A DNA stretch of 64,000 bases, taken from contig CAJFCJ010000002.1 of assembly GCA_904063045.1 (NCBI GenBank), forward strand, positions 1,572,422 through 1,636,421, read 5' to 3'. A program made the translations under genes and the position numbers. Source of the DNA: Dimorphilus gyrociliatus (Eukaryota; Animalia; Annelida). Positions 12,190 to 25,600 of this stretch are shown piece after piece. Each line of letters opens with the position of its first letter. Positions within the stretch are counted from its first letter, which is position 1. The notes under the pieces are model-generated. The model did no database searches. It saw nothing but the letters and a program-made list of their open reading frames with translations, and was not told where the DNA came from.

Positions 12190-15100
12190 AGACAACCTCA
12201 CTTTGTAGATGTGATTCTACAGGAAACAACACAGAAGTAAATAAAATTCTTATAAATTAATAAAGATAATAATAATGAATATAGACTAATTAATTGCTTT
12301 GATTCTAATGCTTCCTTCATGCATTTTTCACACTATGTATCTAATTTTAGCTATAAATTTTTTAAAAATTCATTATTTTCTGTATTTAATACAGCCATTA
12401 ATTAAATAGTTGGGCTTCTACCAAAAATTTCACCCTCATACAGAGTAGATAAAGGAATAGAAATATTACAATAAAAACTTGTTAAATAATAAATGCTGTA
12501 AGACAGGAATGATCTAAGGTATAAGCTGATTTGTATAGTTGGTAAGAAGATATTTCTCTAAAGAAGTGACGCCTTTGTTCGTTTAATTAAATAATAGGAT
12601 AATGTAACAGAAAACAGTTTGTTTTAATTACAGAGTAATACGTTTACTTGATAAATCTCTTTTTTATACAAGAATGCTTTTTGGTTTCCTTTAGATTATA
12701 TTGGTTTATTTGGCATTATTTAAATGGTAAATCCAATATTTCTGGAATTAAATAGTAAATTAATAGAGTGCTTTAAGCTGCATTGGGTTGCAGATTTCCC
12801 TGTCCTTTAATTATAAAAATGTACGGAATATACTGGAAGTCAGCTTCGTAAATGTCAAGTTAGATTATTGAAGATTATTTATTTTTCGACGTCAACGCAT
12901 TTCTTCCCAATAGGCTTTTTGTTATAAGGAAATTCGCTTTAGTATAAAGATAACAAGGTAGATGGCGTTAAGATTAAGGGAAAGAAACAGAAAAAGAAGC
13001 TCTCTTCTTTAAAAAGATGTTCGTGTTATATGCAGTATTATAAGCTATTCGCTTTGCCGATATGATGTTGAAATCTCCCTTAAGCCCTATATATGACCGA
13101 GTTGATAAATTATAACCCAGCAAAAGGAATATTCCACCCTCTCAACACATTTTTCTCGGATCGCAAGTGATAAACGAGTGGTGGACGTGAGCGGAAAAAA
13201 GTTAACCGCAATCTTATCGACTATCGTCGAAGTAACCGTTGACGCGCCGTCTATATAGATGATATAAAAACTAACTAGGCCTATAACGACAAAAGGAAAT
13301 ACTCGTGATATTCTGGAAGAAAAACGACGATACCGCCGACTAGTGGTTGATGGACGGGTTTAAAGCCTATACTTATCGTCTTCCATGTAGGTAATTCTCT
13401 AGTAATACATGCCCGATTATTTTTCTAATTTTGAAAAAAATGTCCTTCTCCAATACTCCAAAGCCTAACTTCCTTTCGGATCCCGTTAGAACTTCCGCAA
13501 ATACAACGAACATCCGGGACTGAGTAATTTTAGTTCTTCAAGCTACTGAATGTTGCAAGTCCTAGTTAAATTGCAAAGATATTGTATAAAACAGACGCTC
13601 TCGGATCAGTCTATAATACCCAATAGACGGTTGCCATGAAATTATTAGCGACCACATGCGAATAGTATTCTCAATATATAAATCTCTGCGTGGAAAAAAA
13701 GGGAATTCTATTTACGTTTGGACGTCTATATATCTTAGATTTAAATATAAGAAGATATTCTCTGACGTTATATTAAGCTCAACTTAAAAATATATTGACG
13801 TTAAAAAAACGACTCTTACCTTCAATGAGAATGCTTTTATCTTAGGATTGACAAACGTCCGGTCATACACAAACGACCTTGCATTCGTTAAGAATACTTC
13901 CTAAAAATGCTACAAAGAAACGGGAGCGATTGATTATGAGGGCTGCTCCTTCCATAGCATTTTTTGTGTACACAAAAAAAAGCCTACTTACCTAGTACTC
14001 CTAGAGAGAACATTCTGGAGAGATTAGGGCCGCAAAAAAGGGGATCTGGAAAGCGTAAGAACGGGCCTAAAGGCGTTTGTAATCGGACAGGATTCTCTAC
14101 AGCTAAGAAGAGACTACCAGCACCTGTTGTGGATTTTATTTCCGTTTTTTTTTTCATTTTACTTCCTTCTGATTTTTCGGAGCTTGATATGAATGGAGTG
14201 AAACGAGTACAAAAAGAAAGGAATTTTTAGATAGAACAAGTATTTTCCTGAGGCTATGACTTTCGGAACTATCGTTACATAAACACCTGCGACAGAGTGC
14301 ATCCCTTTTATCCCGTATGCAACCAGCTTTAAGGCATTTGTTCGTTTTTGAGCAAGCCTCTTTTATAGGCCTTCGCTGACGTCTAAACGTTACCTACAAA
14401 GTGACTAGTCATTGGCAACTGGATTAGGAGCGATTACCACAAATGCAAATAGCAATTGTTGATACTATACTCTGCTTTATATTTTTCAACAAACGCCTTT
14501 TCAGATTCGGATGCGATACGCCTTTGACTATCGACGTCGATAATTTCCGACAGATATTCCTCAGCGTAAATAGATTTCACCATCTTTGTGGCCATTATTA
14601 AACTAACCAATTCGATGGTGGGTAGCGTGGTGGAATATTGTTCCTCCTATCTAAACAGATTTACGGTAACGAGCCTTAACACGATCGGATCGTCCAGCGC
14701 CGAAAGGAGAAACAAAATAGGAGAATGGGGTGCGATCGATAGGTCATATTGCCGTTTCCAACTAAGATATACGAAAAATTATTACTCATTTTTATCCCTT
14801 TACTACACACCGTTACCTAGCGGCAAAAGAACGCCATCACGGCATTCTCCGATTTATTGCAGGCAATGGCGTGTTGAGAACATTCCCCTTTATGTCCTTT
14901 TGCACTGGAATTCAATTAAGTTTCGCACCTGCGAAAAAAAGTGGGAGGGTTTATGACCACACTCTCAGATATATCATAATTTTTTCCACTATCTTTAATT
15001 CAATGTGACGTCACTCGCTATATTGCGACGGATATAGACTATAATAAATGCATAATATTGCAAGCTGGCTCGTCTACAAGCGTATGCACACGTCTATGAG

Positions 15101-15728
15101 TGTAAGTAAATGAAGGAAGAAAAGATAAAACGAAAAAAGTCGACTGCAATACATCAAAAATCGTCCCTTGAGACACAATGGAAATTTAATGAATTTATTC
15201 TATTGGCGCCTTTTGTTTCCCTCTAAAAGTTATAAGCAACTAATAGACACCAGGACCGAGCGTCGAAAATGATTATGACCGCCTTATCAACATTCTCCAG
15301 AGAGTTTTGTCGGTTTATTCTTATTATTTTCGTCGTTCGCCCACAGCTCTGCTTGTGAATTCCAATTGGCTAAAACCGTCAATATTTTTACGTCTTAAGG
15401 TCTTCTTAATAGAATTAGCTATCTCAATTGAACTATGCCCAAGTTGTAAGTTAATGGTGTGAGATCTAAAAAAAATTATCCTGGCAAAAGTTTTCTTGAA
15501 TAATTGATATCAATTAAAGAAAAGAAGAGAGAAAACCATTCAAGATAAACCACTGCTATGAACGATCGTTTTTTTAAATTTTACTTATAAAATGTATTTA
15601 AACTATCTCTATTAATAAATGATTTAACTTCGTTTGCTTAAATTCTTTAATCCTTACACATTTCCTACTATATAATAAAGTTGTTTAATTTCCTTAAAGA
15701 CCTATCTAAAGGGCATTAGCTAGAAACG

Positions 15729-15742
15729 GTAACCATAGAAAC
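15729..15742 (+). promoter_or_regulatory. X-box-like (RFX) motif upstream of LAR
   Basis: GTAACCATAGAAAC matches GTHNYYATRRNAAC. Confidence 0.3.
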
Positions 15743-16526
15743 ATCACGATGTCTCTTTTGTATTTTTAAAAGGTTATTTTCAACATTTTTAGATCAAGTG
15801 TCTATATGTAATACACATTCCATTGTTTTTTTTCATGTCATATGTTTTTTCTCCTTTTTCACATGTAATGAAACAACATCCAATATCTGATGTTTTCCAG
15901 GGTTAATTGACAAGACAAAGTACAATAAACAAACAGCTCTCTTCTATTACTGGTCAATATAGTAAGTCTTCTCTCTTTAACTACATTGATCAATTCATTA
16001 ATTCATTAATTAATGCTATAGCCTCTTAACGTATAATCACTTCAGTGTAACAGTATTTTTTTTTCAAAAAGATAAAAGAGCTTTTTCATAATATATTTCA
16101 TAATACATGTGGTAATGTACTTTTATCTAAATAAGTTATTATGTTGTACGAACGGCTATTCAATAGAATACTGGCGAATTATTGTTATTATTCTTAGACT
16201 TTGACCGTTAAATCGCGATTTCGAAAGCCCCGCTCCTCTAGTTTGAAGCAAACTAGCCCGGATGATAAACTGTTAACATAAACTGGTATCATATTCCCCG
16301 TAGTTTGTACAATAAACGTCCTAGATGGAAGGCTCGTATCCGTATTAAATGAGAAGCTCAGTTGGATTTAGCCTGCAAGCGAGAGTGAGGAAACAAATTT
16401 TTGGATGGTAGCCAGTGTTCATTCTCCTCGAATGCTGAACGGAAATAAGAGACGGCTAGTTGTACCTGTTACAAATTGAATATACGTTTCTTAATTACTT
16501 TCTACTAGAATTTCTACTAACCTCAG

Positions 16527-16555
16527 CACTGAACGCGACCTTCTTTTTATACATG
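16527..16555 (+). other. Candidate 29-nt 5' UTR exon of LAR
   Basis: TACTAAC branch point immediately before CCTCAG acceptor; donor ATG|GTAAGT. Partner acceptor inferred at 19654. Confidence 0.5.
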
Positions 16556-16564
16556 GTAAGTGCT

Positions 16565-16645
16565 TTCTCTCTCTCTCTCTCTCTCTCTCTCACCCTTTCC
16601 ATCGCTCAATCTCTTTCTTTCTCTCTCTCTCTCTCTCTTTCTCTC
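16565..16645. repeat. Compound (CT)n microsatellite
   Basis: Direct reading; two CT runs with an interruption. Confidence 0.9.
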
Positions 16646-19600
16646 GTCTCTTGATTTCAATACACGCTGTTTTTCACAAACGTACAAATTGTCTATTTTT
16701 CTAGAGACGGTACCAATTACTGACAATAATTTACAAACAAATTTTCTGATAATTGCTTTGCCTTTTTGTCTCACTTCGTGTCAAAATATTCTTTTTTTAA
16801 AATGATCGATGGCAAGAAATTAGTATAGCTCCAGTATAATTGCCTTAGGCCTATTCCAGCGCTATAAGGTGTTCTCTTGTCGTTTGAAGTAAAAGGGGCA
16901 AGTTTGTACTGGTAATTATAAGATAAGAACTAATAGCTAAGCCAGCAACAGAGTCTAGCTTGGATTTGAACTTTTAACCCTAGCTATAGATTTTCCAGTA
17001 TTTTTCCAGGTGCAACACTCTTGATAATAGTGTCTAATTGCGGACTTTCGGCTAAACTGCAGAATATTCACCAAGCATTCGCTATATATTGAATAATTTA
17101 TATTATACTCAGTTTTTCCCAAACGAATGCGGCTTATGTAATATTGCCAGTACTAGTCGTTTCAATGCATCAAACAGCAGAATAAATGTTATTAACGAAG
17201 CATTACAGCACCGCCCAATATACTGACAAAAATCACAATATTGCGTTTTTGTTTTTACAGTCGTAAAAATCTCTTAATGCAGTAGGGTTTACTCTGTCGG
17301 GGCATCTCTGTTTGTCCACTTTCAAACTTCTGACGGCTTCTTTATCCTTTTTATTTATTATATGGGCAGGTTAATAAACTTTTCCCCCTCGCCCTTAACC
17401 TCATTACGTTAGGCTTATTGACAGCTGAACACTTTAATTCGCTAAGCGTCTAGTCTCGGATGAAGGACGAGAATAATTGTATATAGAACTTATAATTGCA
17501 GCTTTTGTCCTCCTTCCCTAAATAAATCGCCACTTAAGTTACGTTTGATTTATAACCTAACTTTAACGAGCTACTGCAAATTCGTGACTGCAACAATATG
17601 GAATGTTACACTCGGTTGCGTTTCTTAATATGGTTTGTCAAGCACTGAGGGATCCAGTATGTTTATCACGTCTGTAAATTTTAGGCGCAGCATATATATG
17701 TGTCGCTTCTGGGCGATTAATGAATACATAAATATATAAAAGACTACAGTCTGCAAATAGCAGGTTTTAGGAGTATAGAAAAGCACAGAATCATACTGTT
17801 ATGTACTTGAGTTGTACTTAATTGTATTTTTTTTTACGTATTCTTTTCTTTCGAAAGTAGGGGAAACGCCTTTTTTTTAGTTATTGATTTCGTCGAAAAT
17901 CACACCAGTAACGGCTATCGATTGCTAAGGGAATTTTTAATCGCAAATCATTACTGTCTTCATTAATAATTCTTATAATTAGAATTATTTTGCATCGTCT
18001 TTGTCACGGAGAACAAATAAGGATCATGGGAAAGAGAGAATGAAATCTCATAAGGAAGCGAAATGACTGTCTGCAGCGTTGATATTCGACTCAGTCAGTG
18101 TCGACGCCTGCTTTCTTCCGATAATCAACCGATAACGTATGCATAATAGGAAAAAAGATGTAAAGATATATCGAGGAGAATATTCGATTCGATTTAAGCC
18201 TAAGCCATAATTGCTGGTGACGCCTGACGTTGCGAGAATAATTCAAAAATCTCTTTAGTTCTGCTTCGCTTTCTATACACTTCTTTCATTATTTACGACG
18301 TCTTTTTCAATCAGTTTTCTACCAAGGAATATGTTTCAGCTTACTTACACCTTCTTTCTACTAAAAAGTAAATGAAATTGAAAATTGATTAGAGACCACC
18401 AGCCGACCACTAGATCGATAAAAGGACAACAAACATGCGTTTCCTTCTTTCACTTCCTCGTTCTAGCGCAATTTTCCAGATGACTGTTTACGCTCGATAG
18501 ACACTTTGCCGTTGAATGCGTTTGTTCCACGGTTTAACAATATCTAGTGTAAAATTGGATAAAACGGATAATATAATTAAAATATTTTCTTGCCATATGC
18601 ACATATGCAGAACCTCAGAATGTCTAACTAATGATCAATTTGTTCAATTCGGATTTTCGTATTGTATATTCGTCCTGTGGGAAGACGAGTAGTCGTCTTC
18701 CGTCTTGAGTTAGCTTTATATTACATTAGTTAGGCTTCTTGACGCTGGCGGCCTTTTTTCTCTTGTGCTTGTAATATTTAATAGCAAATATCACTCGTTA
18801 ATATTTACTCATTTACCTTAGCCGTCCATTAATTATGAATAATTCTACCGAGTCATTCAAAAGGACATTATTAATGGTAAAACAATTCTGTTGTTATAAT
18901 ATTTTAATACTATAGGTGGAGCTACCAACATGTAAACAATTGTAGGAGAACATTTTGTTTGTATTTCGCTTGCCATCGATCATTAATTAGAATAAAAACT
19001 AATGCGCTTATCATTATTGTTCATTTATTCTTTTATTTCCCATTATTCCTTCGTTAGTTATATTCACTGTATATTTATAAAACAGTTTGCGTTTATTTTC
19101 GCTATTTGCTTGATTAGCGTGTGCAAATTACAATACACGTAGTAATATTGCGCAATCCATTCATTTGACACATGTTCCAACATTTTTTTTTGTTTTCATT
19201 TTTGCTCGATTTTCCTGTTTGTTTTATATGTAAACAAAAACTTGAGATTATACATGACTTTGCATATTTTTGCAGAGAATGAACTGACAAGAGTTCAACG
19301 AAAGGATAACTATATCGTAAGTAGTCCAATAGGGGAAATGAAAAAAACCGTTGAGAACATACCCCAAAGGTGTCGCCACTTCGATAAAGTTAATGAATAT
19401 GCACAAACGAGTGGGCATGCGCAAAAGTTATTTTAGAGTTTTATGGACGATGCCGTCTAGTGCATTCAATACATAAACAAGAAGACTATAGGATTCTTAA
19501 ATAAAATACGGATTAAATTTGATTATCGAAATTCTATACTTGGAACTATTAAAACGATAGTTATTCCAAGACTGATCGAAGGCGATAGATCGGTGTATTT

Positions 19601-19679
19601 TCTCGATTGGTGTGAGTGATAATATCGGCAGTAAAAGGTATTTATGTTCTGTAGGTATTATTTGGAGTAAATGTAAAGG

Positions 19680-22600
19680 ATGAGGGTCAAGGAAATTTTG
19701 TTCCTTTTAATCATCCTTTTACTATTCGTTGATGGTAGAAAACACCGCCGCAAAGATCCAAAAAATGGTAAGTAAAATTTTACTATTTTATTCTCATATT
19801 TTCCCTGATAATAGGCCAAACACTCCTCTTATATTTATCTAAACTAGGCTACAAAGATTATGTTTATCAACGTGCTTTTTCACAGGGTATTCTTGTGTAT
19901 TGCCCCGTGAAAAACGCCTAAATAGACTTGTATTATTGTTATTTACAAAAAAGAGCGAACACGGAGTCTCGAAAATGACTTCGCCTACGCTCTCTAAATC
20001 ACTCTCTCTCTTTAAATACTCTACAATTTCTCGATATCAAGCAATAAAAGGCTTTAAGTCGTGAAATTGCTAATACTTAAGGAAGGAAAAAAGTTTAGCG
20101 TTTACAGAATCGACTTGAATGCGTGTTAACGAGGTGACAAAGCTGTCGTTCTAGTGAAAATTAGCGTTTAAGAGTGAAAGGGGGGAAATTCCTCTCACGC
20201 CAACGTTCAAAAAATGGAACCGTGTATGTAGGAAATGAATAAATGATCGATTACAAACCGATTGACGTGCTTTGCGATTGAAAACAATTTTCTCTTGCGC
20301 GCCGACTGCCATATATTGAATATAAATCATATTGCCTTTTTCTCTCTATTCTTCTATTCCTTTGCTCTGAACTTGTTTTTTTCGTTGAGACTGAATCGAT
20401 TTTTGTTAAAATATAGTAAGAGATAGACGTTACTATCCAAAGGATAGAATAGGTTTAAACGTTCTAACTAATAAAAAATATTTGATTATAATAAAAAAGA
20501 AGCGGAAAAATTGCAAAAGCTATTTACACGTACCAACACCTTGTTTGTACAGGTCGTTACCGATCTGGGGTTTTTGTGCTTGTTGCGTTCTTGTTTGTAC
20601 ATTTTGCAGAATTTTTGAGTAGGAGAGAGCAGTTTTCTAGGGAAACACCGTTTTGTTTGCAAAAGGTCACCGGTTTTGATGATAGAGTGGATGAGCTGCA
20701 GCTGCGCAACTTTTTATGGGTTTTAAAAAGTTATTTAGGGTCGTGAATCATCCTTGATTCTTTCAATGATAAACAAATGAGTAAGGGTTAGAGGGGTACA
20801 GACGAAGAGTATTGGCATTGTGACGTATTATGAGTGTAGATAACGGATGGTCGATAGTCTATTTATGAGTTCAAACAAATTTTCCCCCTCTTTCCGCGTA
20901 TTATTCGCTGCTTAGCTGGAAATATCCTCTTTTCTATACTCGGCGAATACCAAGGGTTTTATTTCTACAACTTCTTTTTGCGTGGTCACGAAGGGATTAA
21001 AGGGATCGAAGTGAGAAGAAGAGTTCGTTGTTATGAATATTCGTCAATTAATAGTTGTAGAAATTATCGTATAGTGTTTCCCAAAAGTATAACACTTTCC
21101 CATTGTAATATGCAACTGAATGAATTAAATGCCCTAATACGATACACACTACTTAATAGTTAAAAGCTTGGAAAATTATATATTTTCACGATCAGGGGAC
21201 CGATTTTTCCATTATATAAAATTATGTTTGAATAATTAAGGCAAAAAGAAAATATTAATAAGGTCGATAGGGCGATGAGGATCGATTTAGAAAACGCCAT
21301 TTGTCATACTAATTGAGTAAAGTTGTGCTAAAAGAGCATGAAATAATTTACGAACCATTCGTTCAATGTTTTTTTTTTGTTCTAATATCCATAAATATTG
21401 AAAGAAAAGATATAGTCATGTAGCTTTGCTTCCCTTTCACCATTTTTCATTGATCTATATTATGTAATCGATTCCTAGGCCGCGACAAACTACAATTCGT
21501 AGTTAACAAACCGTTAACCAGGCTACATTATAGAAATGCGATTGGACGACGGTTGTTTGCACGAATTGATGGGAAATTTTTGGCGCGTTACTAATAAAAT
21601 GTAGGCTGATGAGGGTTTGTGTACTACGCCTAGTAGTACATAGTAAAACTCACCACTGACTGTTTTTTCGTTTAATGTAAAATTAAGGGAAAAACAAGCT
21701 TGTCAGTAAAACGTTTAGAGGATCGAACTTGGCAGTACAATTTGGATTAACGTGGCACATTTTGCCGATATTTCTTTTCTCTTCATTACTCTTTCGATCG
21801 GTTTTTCTCCTTGCCCCAAGTTGTTCTCGTACTTCTTTTTATTGACCAAGACTCCTTGTTCGCTTTATCTATCATTATTTCTTTTTTTTATCACTATTTG
21901 TACATATACACGGTACATAGCTACACAGTATTGTATACGTTAGAATTTATACCATACACATATATTAGAATATATATTATTTACATTTCTTTGTGTTTCT
22001 TATATTTACTTGGTGTTTTATTTTTATTTCTCAAAAAAAAAATGTGTAAATCTTTCAGGAAGGAGACATAAAAAGCTCAAAAGGCTTCTAGGACCGACGA
22101 GTTAGTGTTGTTTTTTTTTTTTGTTTTACATGTAGTGATATTGATCTTTGATAGATTCTTAATTTCTTTCCATTGCTCTAATCTATATCATAAACATATT
22201 TATTACACAAAACTAATTGTGTAATTTCGTTTGTGATAAAGATGTTTGACTAACTAGTTCTTTAATTTTCAGGATAATTAAAAGACTTTGCGTTGGTAGT
22301 GCTAAATAATTTGTGATTTAATTAGCTTAGTATTCTACTTAATTTATTTGCGTCTTCCTCACTCATGTTTGGCCTATTAGAGGCCTGAATGTTTGTTTTT
22401 ATAATTAACTTTACTCTCTAACATTTAGGCCTCATCCATTTTGATATTTGTTCTTACTTATTTGCATATTAAAAAATTAATCCTCGCGCCAAACAGATAA
22501 GAAGAAGTACCGTTATCTTAATTTTAATTCATTAAAAAGTATGATGATTATTCTATACAGTTTACTGTATATATAACAAAAGGTTCGGCCCTGGTGGGCT

Positions 22601-25600
22601 GTTCCCTTAGGATTTCTATGTAATTGTTTAACACTCACACTCTACTCGACGATCGATATACAACGAAATTGTCATGTTTATCGTACAGCTTCTCTTTTCA
22701 TACGTCAAATAGATTTATATAGGTCTAATCAGCTTTGAGGGAACGGCACTGGGGCCGACGAATACTTGTGGACAAATCTTCAATTAACTATTGTTTTCTT
22801 GATTTATTTTAACAGCACCACCGAAATTCCTTGTGAAGCCTGAGCATTCAAAAGTCGTCCAAAATTCGATCGTATCTTTCTTCTGTAAAGCAACTGGAAA
22901 TCCTCAACCAGATATTCAGTGGTATCAAAATGGTGATCCTATTAAAAAGAAGGAATTCGAGAGGCGATTTAAGAAATTTGCCTGGGCAAATGGGAGCGTG
23001 TTACGTATTCAACCCGTTCATAAATCTGATGATGGAAGTGTATTTGCTTGCGTTGCCGATAACTCAATAGAAGAACGTGCATTCGCCTCTGCTACCTTAG
23101 AGGTGTTAGATGATAAAGTTGGTAAGTAGAACGACCATGTGACTAGACCCTCTGTAAGGTATTGAAATACCTCAATACCAGCATATTTCCCCGGGGTGAA
23201 CTGTCTCTTTATTATGACCAGTCTCGGGATTCGTTGCTGCTGCTTTTTTCTCTTGCGGTTTCTACGCTCCCCTTATCCTATGAGTATTGGGGAAAAATTT
23301 TCTTATTCCGAAATAGGATAAGAACATTAATCAGACGACTGTTAAAACAGGCGTCAATCTCAGTTCGCTAGCGGCGGAACCAAAAAAGAGTAACCATGGA
23401 TACCGAGTAAATTTAGCACCGGTTTGCCATTCAGTGTACTTGTAAAAAGCTAGGCTTCTTACTCATTCTACATAGCGCAATTGTTTTTCTGATGAGTAAC
23501 ACTGGCGATCTTTCTGTCATCTATCCGCATCTAGCAATCTTCTTCCTTGTTTAAAGATATAAATTGGCTGGGGCATATCTGGGAGTCGTTTAGATTTTTA
23601 TTTTCGCCTTATCTATTCCCAGTGCCGCACTTCTATCGTCCAACGCAATCGATAATTGACTTTACCCCTCCCTAGAATTGGTAGCCGGCTACCCCAGGAT
23701 CGAAGAGGGACCAGCGCTAAAGGCTGTAGAAAAAGGTAGAAGTGTAACATTGATATGCACAGCAGTTGGATTCCCGCAGCCGAAAGTTACTTGGTTGAAA
23801 GATTGTATACCTTTAAAAATGGATGATAGTAGGATAAGGGTAACTATTCAACTCAAATATTGGTAACAAGTACACATTAAAAAATTCGATATAATTAACA
23901 GCAAGATGAAACTGGCCACCTAAATATATATCAAGCCAAAGATGCAGATGAAGGCAAATATGAATGTTTTGCGAAGAATAAATGGGGTGTTGCTTATTCT
24001 TATGCAGCAACTCTGTATGTTAAAGGTATGTAATTGACGTGACAAAAGAAAACAAATAATTTCTTTCTTATAAACAAAATAATAAAATAATATATCCAAT
24101 GTTATTAAGTGGGATATTAAAGATGAAATATATATATATTTACCTGCGATAAAGTGTAGACTAAGATTCGGTTGTAATACGTCATATGCAGGTTTATAAT
24201 TTATTGTATATTTTAGTTTCACCATCGAAGACAGAGAAACAATGTAAGTGAGGATAGTCTGTTAAGGAAAAGAATATCTAATAATCGATGTCAGACTTTG
24301 AAAGAATCTAAAAACTGCATGTTTTACTCTTTAACTATATTAATGGGGGTTCAGTTTACAATCAGAATTAATCGCATGCACTAGTGTAAGATTGAGGTTA
24401 TTAAGTCCTTTCTTAATTAAACAACTAAAATAACTCATTTTCTGGTAAACTAGTTTTTTTTGGTTTTTTTTTTAAGAGAAGAGATATTTTTCTCGTTAAT
24501 TAAAAACAGTTTCGTGGGAAAAAACTGTTTAAAGTTTTTGAAGAAACTTTTTATTATTACTTCAGTTCGACAAACTCCACCAAGAATAACTAGGAAGCCT
24601 AAAGAATTGTACGAGGTAGAGATTGGTCAAGATCTTTCACTTAGGTGTGTTGCCTCAGGAGCTCCTGATCTTCCGGAAGTGTCTTGGCACGAAAAAGTTT
24701 TAAATACGGACACAGGTGAAAGGGTAGAAAGAACGGTTGAAGGATCTGAAACTAAGCATGGAGAGAATATATTTATTTTGAGAAATATTCAAAGATCTAT
24801 GGTTATTTTTTGCAAAGCTCAGAGCGAATTAGGTATTGTGGAAGAGCAAACACAAATTAAAGTCAAAGGTATAGGAAATTTTTCACTTATATTAATTTCT
24901 ATATGAAATAATAAGATATTGAATTATATACTTCAGTCGGAGGAGGTAAATTTCGGCATGGTTCGTTGTTGAATCACAACATGATAATTTATGATGTGAT
25001 TCCCTTCATCTCTAAATAATAATTATTTTCTGATTTAAATAACTCATTAACCACTCACTAAACTTTTCAAATTAACTACTAATCGTGTTGTCTGCTTTCA
25101 TTTCACTGGCTATTTATTTCAAGTGTTATTGATTATTGTCTAAATATTTAATAATTTTCTCTTTCTACAGACGTTCCTCTACCGCCAAACGGCTTAAGAG
25201 CAAATCAATATTCATCAACATGGATTTTTGTTGAATGGGAACCGTCGGATAGAGCTGAATCTTATATTGTGAGATATAGACGAGTTAGAAGCGAAGACAG
25301 TCCAGACGTGAAAGAAAATATTAAACACACCCGTTACAATATAACTGACTTGGATCCTTATGTGAAATACGAAATTTACGTCCAGGCAAGAAATGGCCAG
25401 GGACATTCTAAAAATAGTGTTGCAATCGAAGTCCAGACATCAGAAAAGGGTCAGTTATACTATTCTTAATCTACGAATTATTTTTAGTTTACTTTTTACC
25501 TTTTCTTATCTTTTTTCTGTTACTACTTTACAAGACTAATAATATTTGAAAACAAACAGCTTTTATCAAAATATTATAAGTATAAAAGCTGAGTGTTTGC

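Noticed and set aside
13964-14956. ORFs of 88 and 122 aa in the GC-richer stretch upstream of LAR
   Set aside because: Non-ATG starts, no domain or transposon motif, no phase-compatible exon chain found; probably regulatory or UTR sequence.
23372-23389. 18-nt in-frame candidate micro-exon between LAR Ig1 and Ig2
   Set aside because: No polypyrimidine tract, and the donor (GTAACC) coincides with the X-box-like motif.
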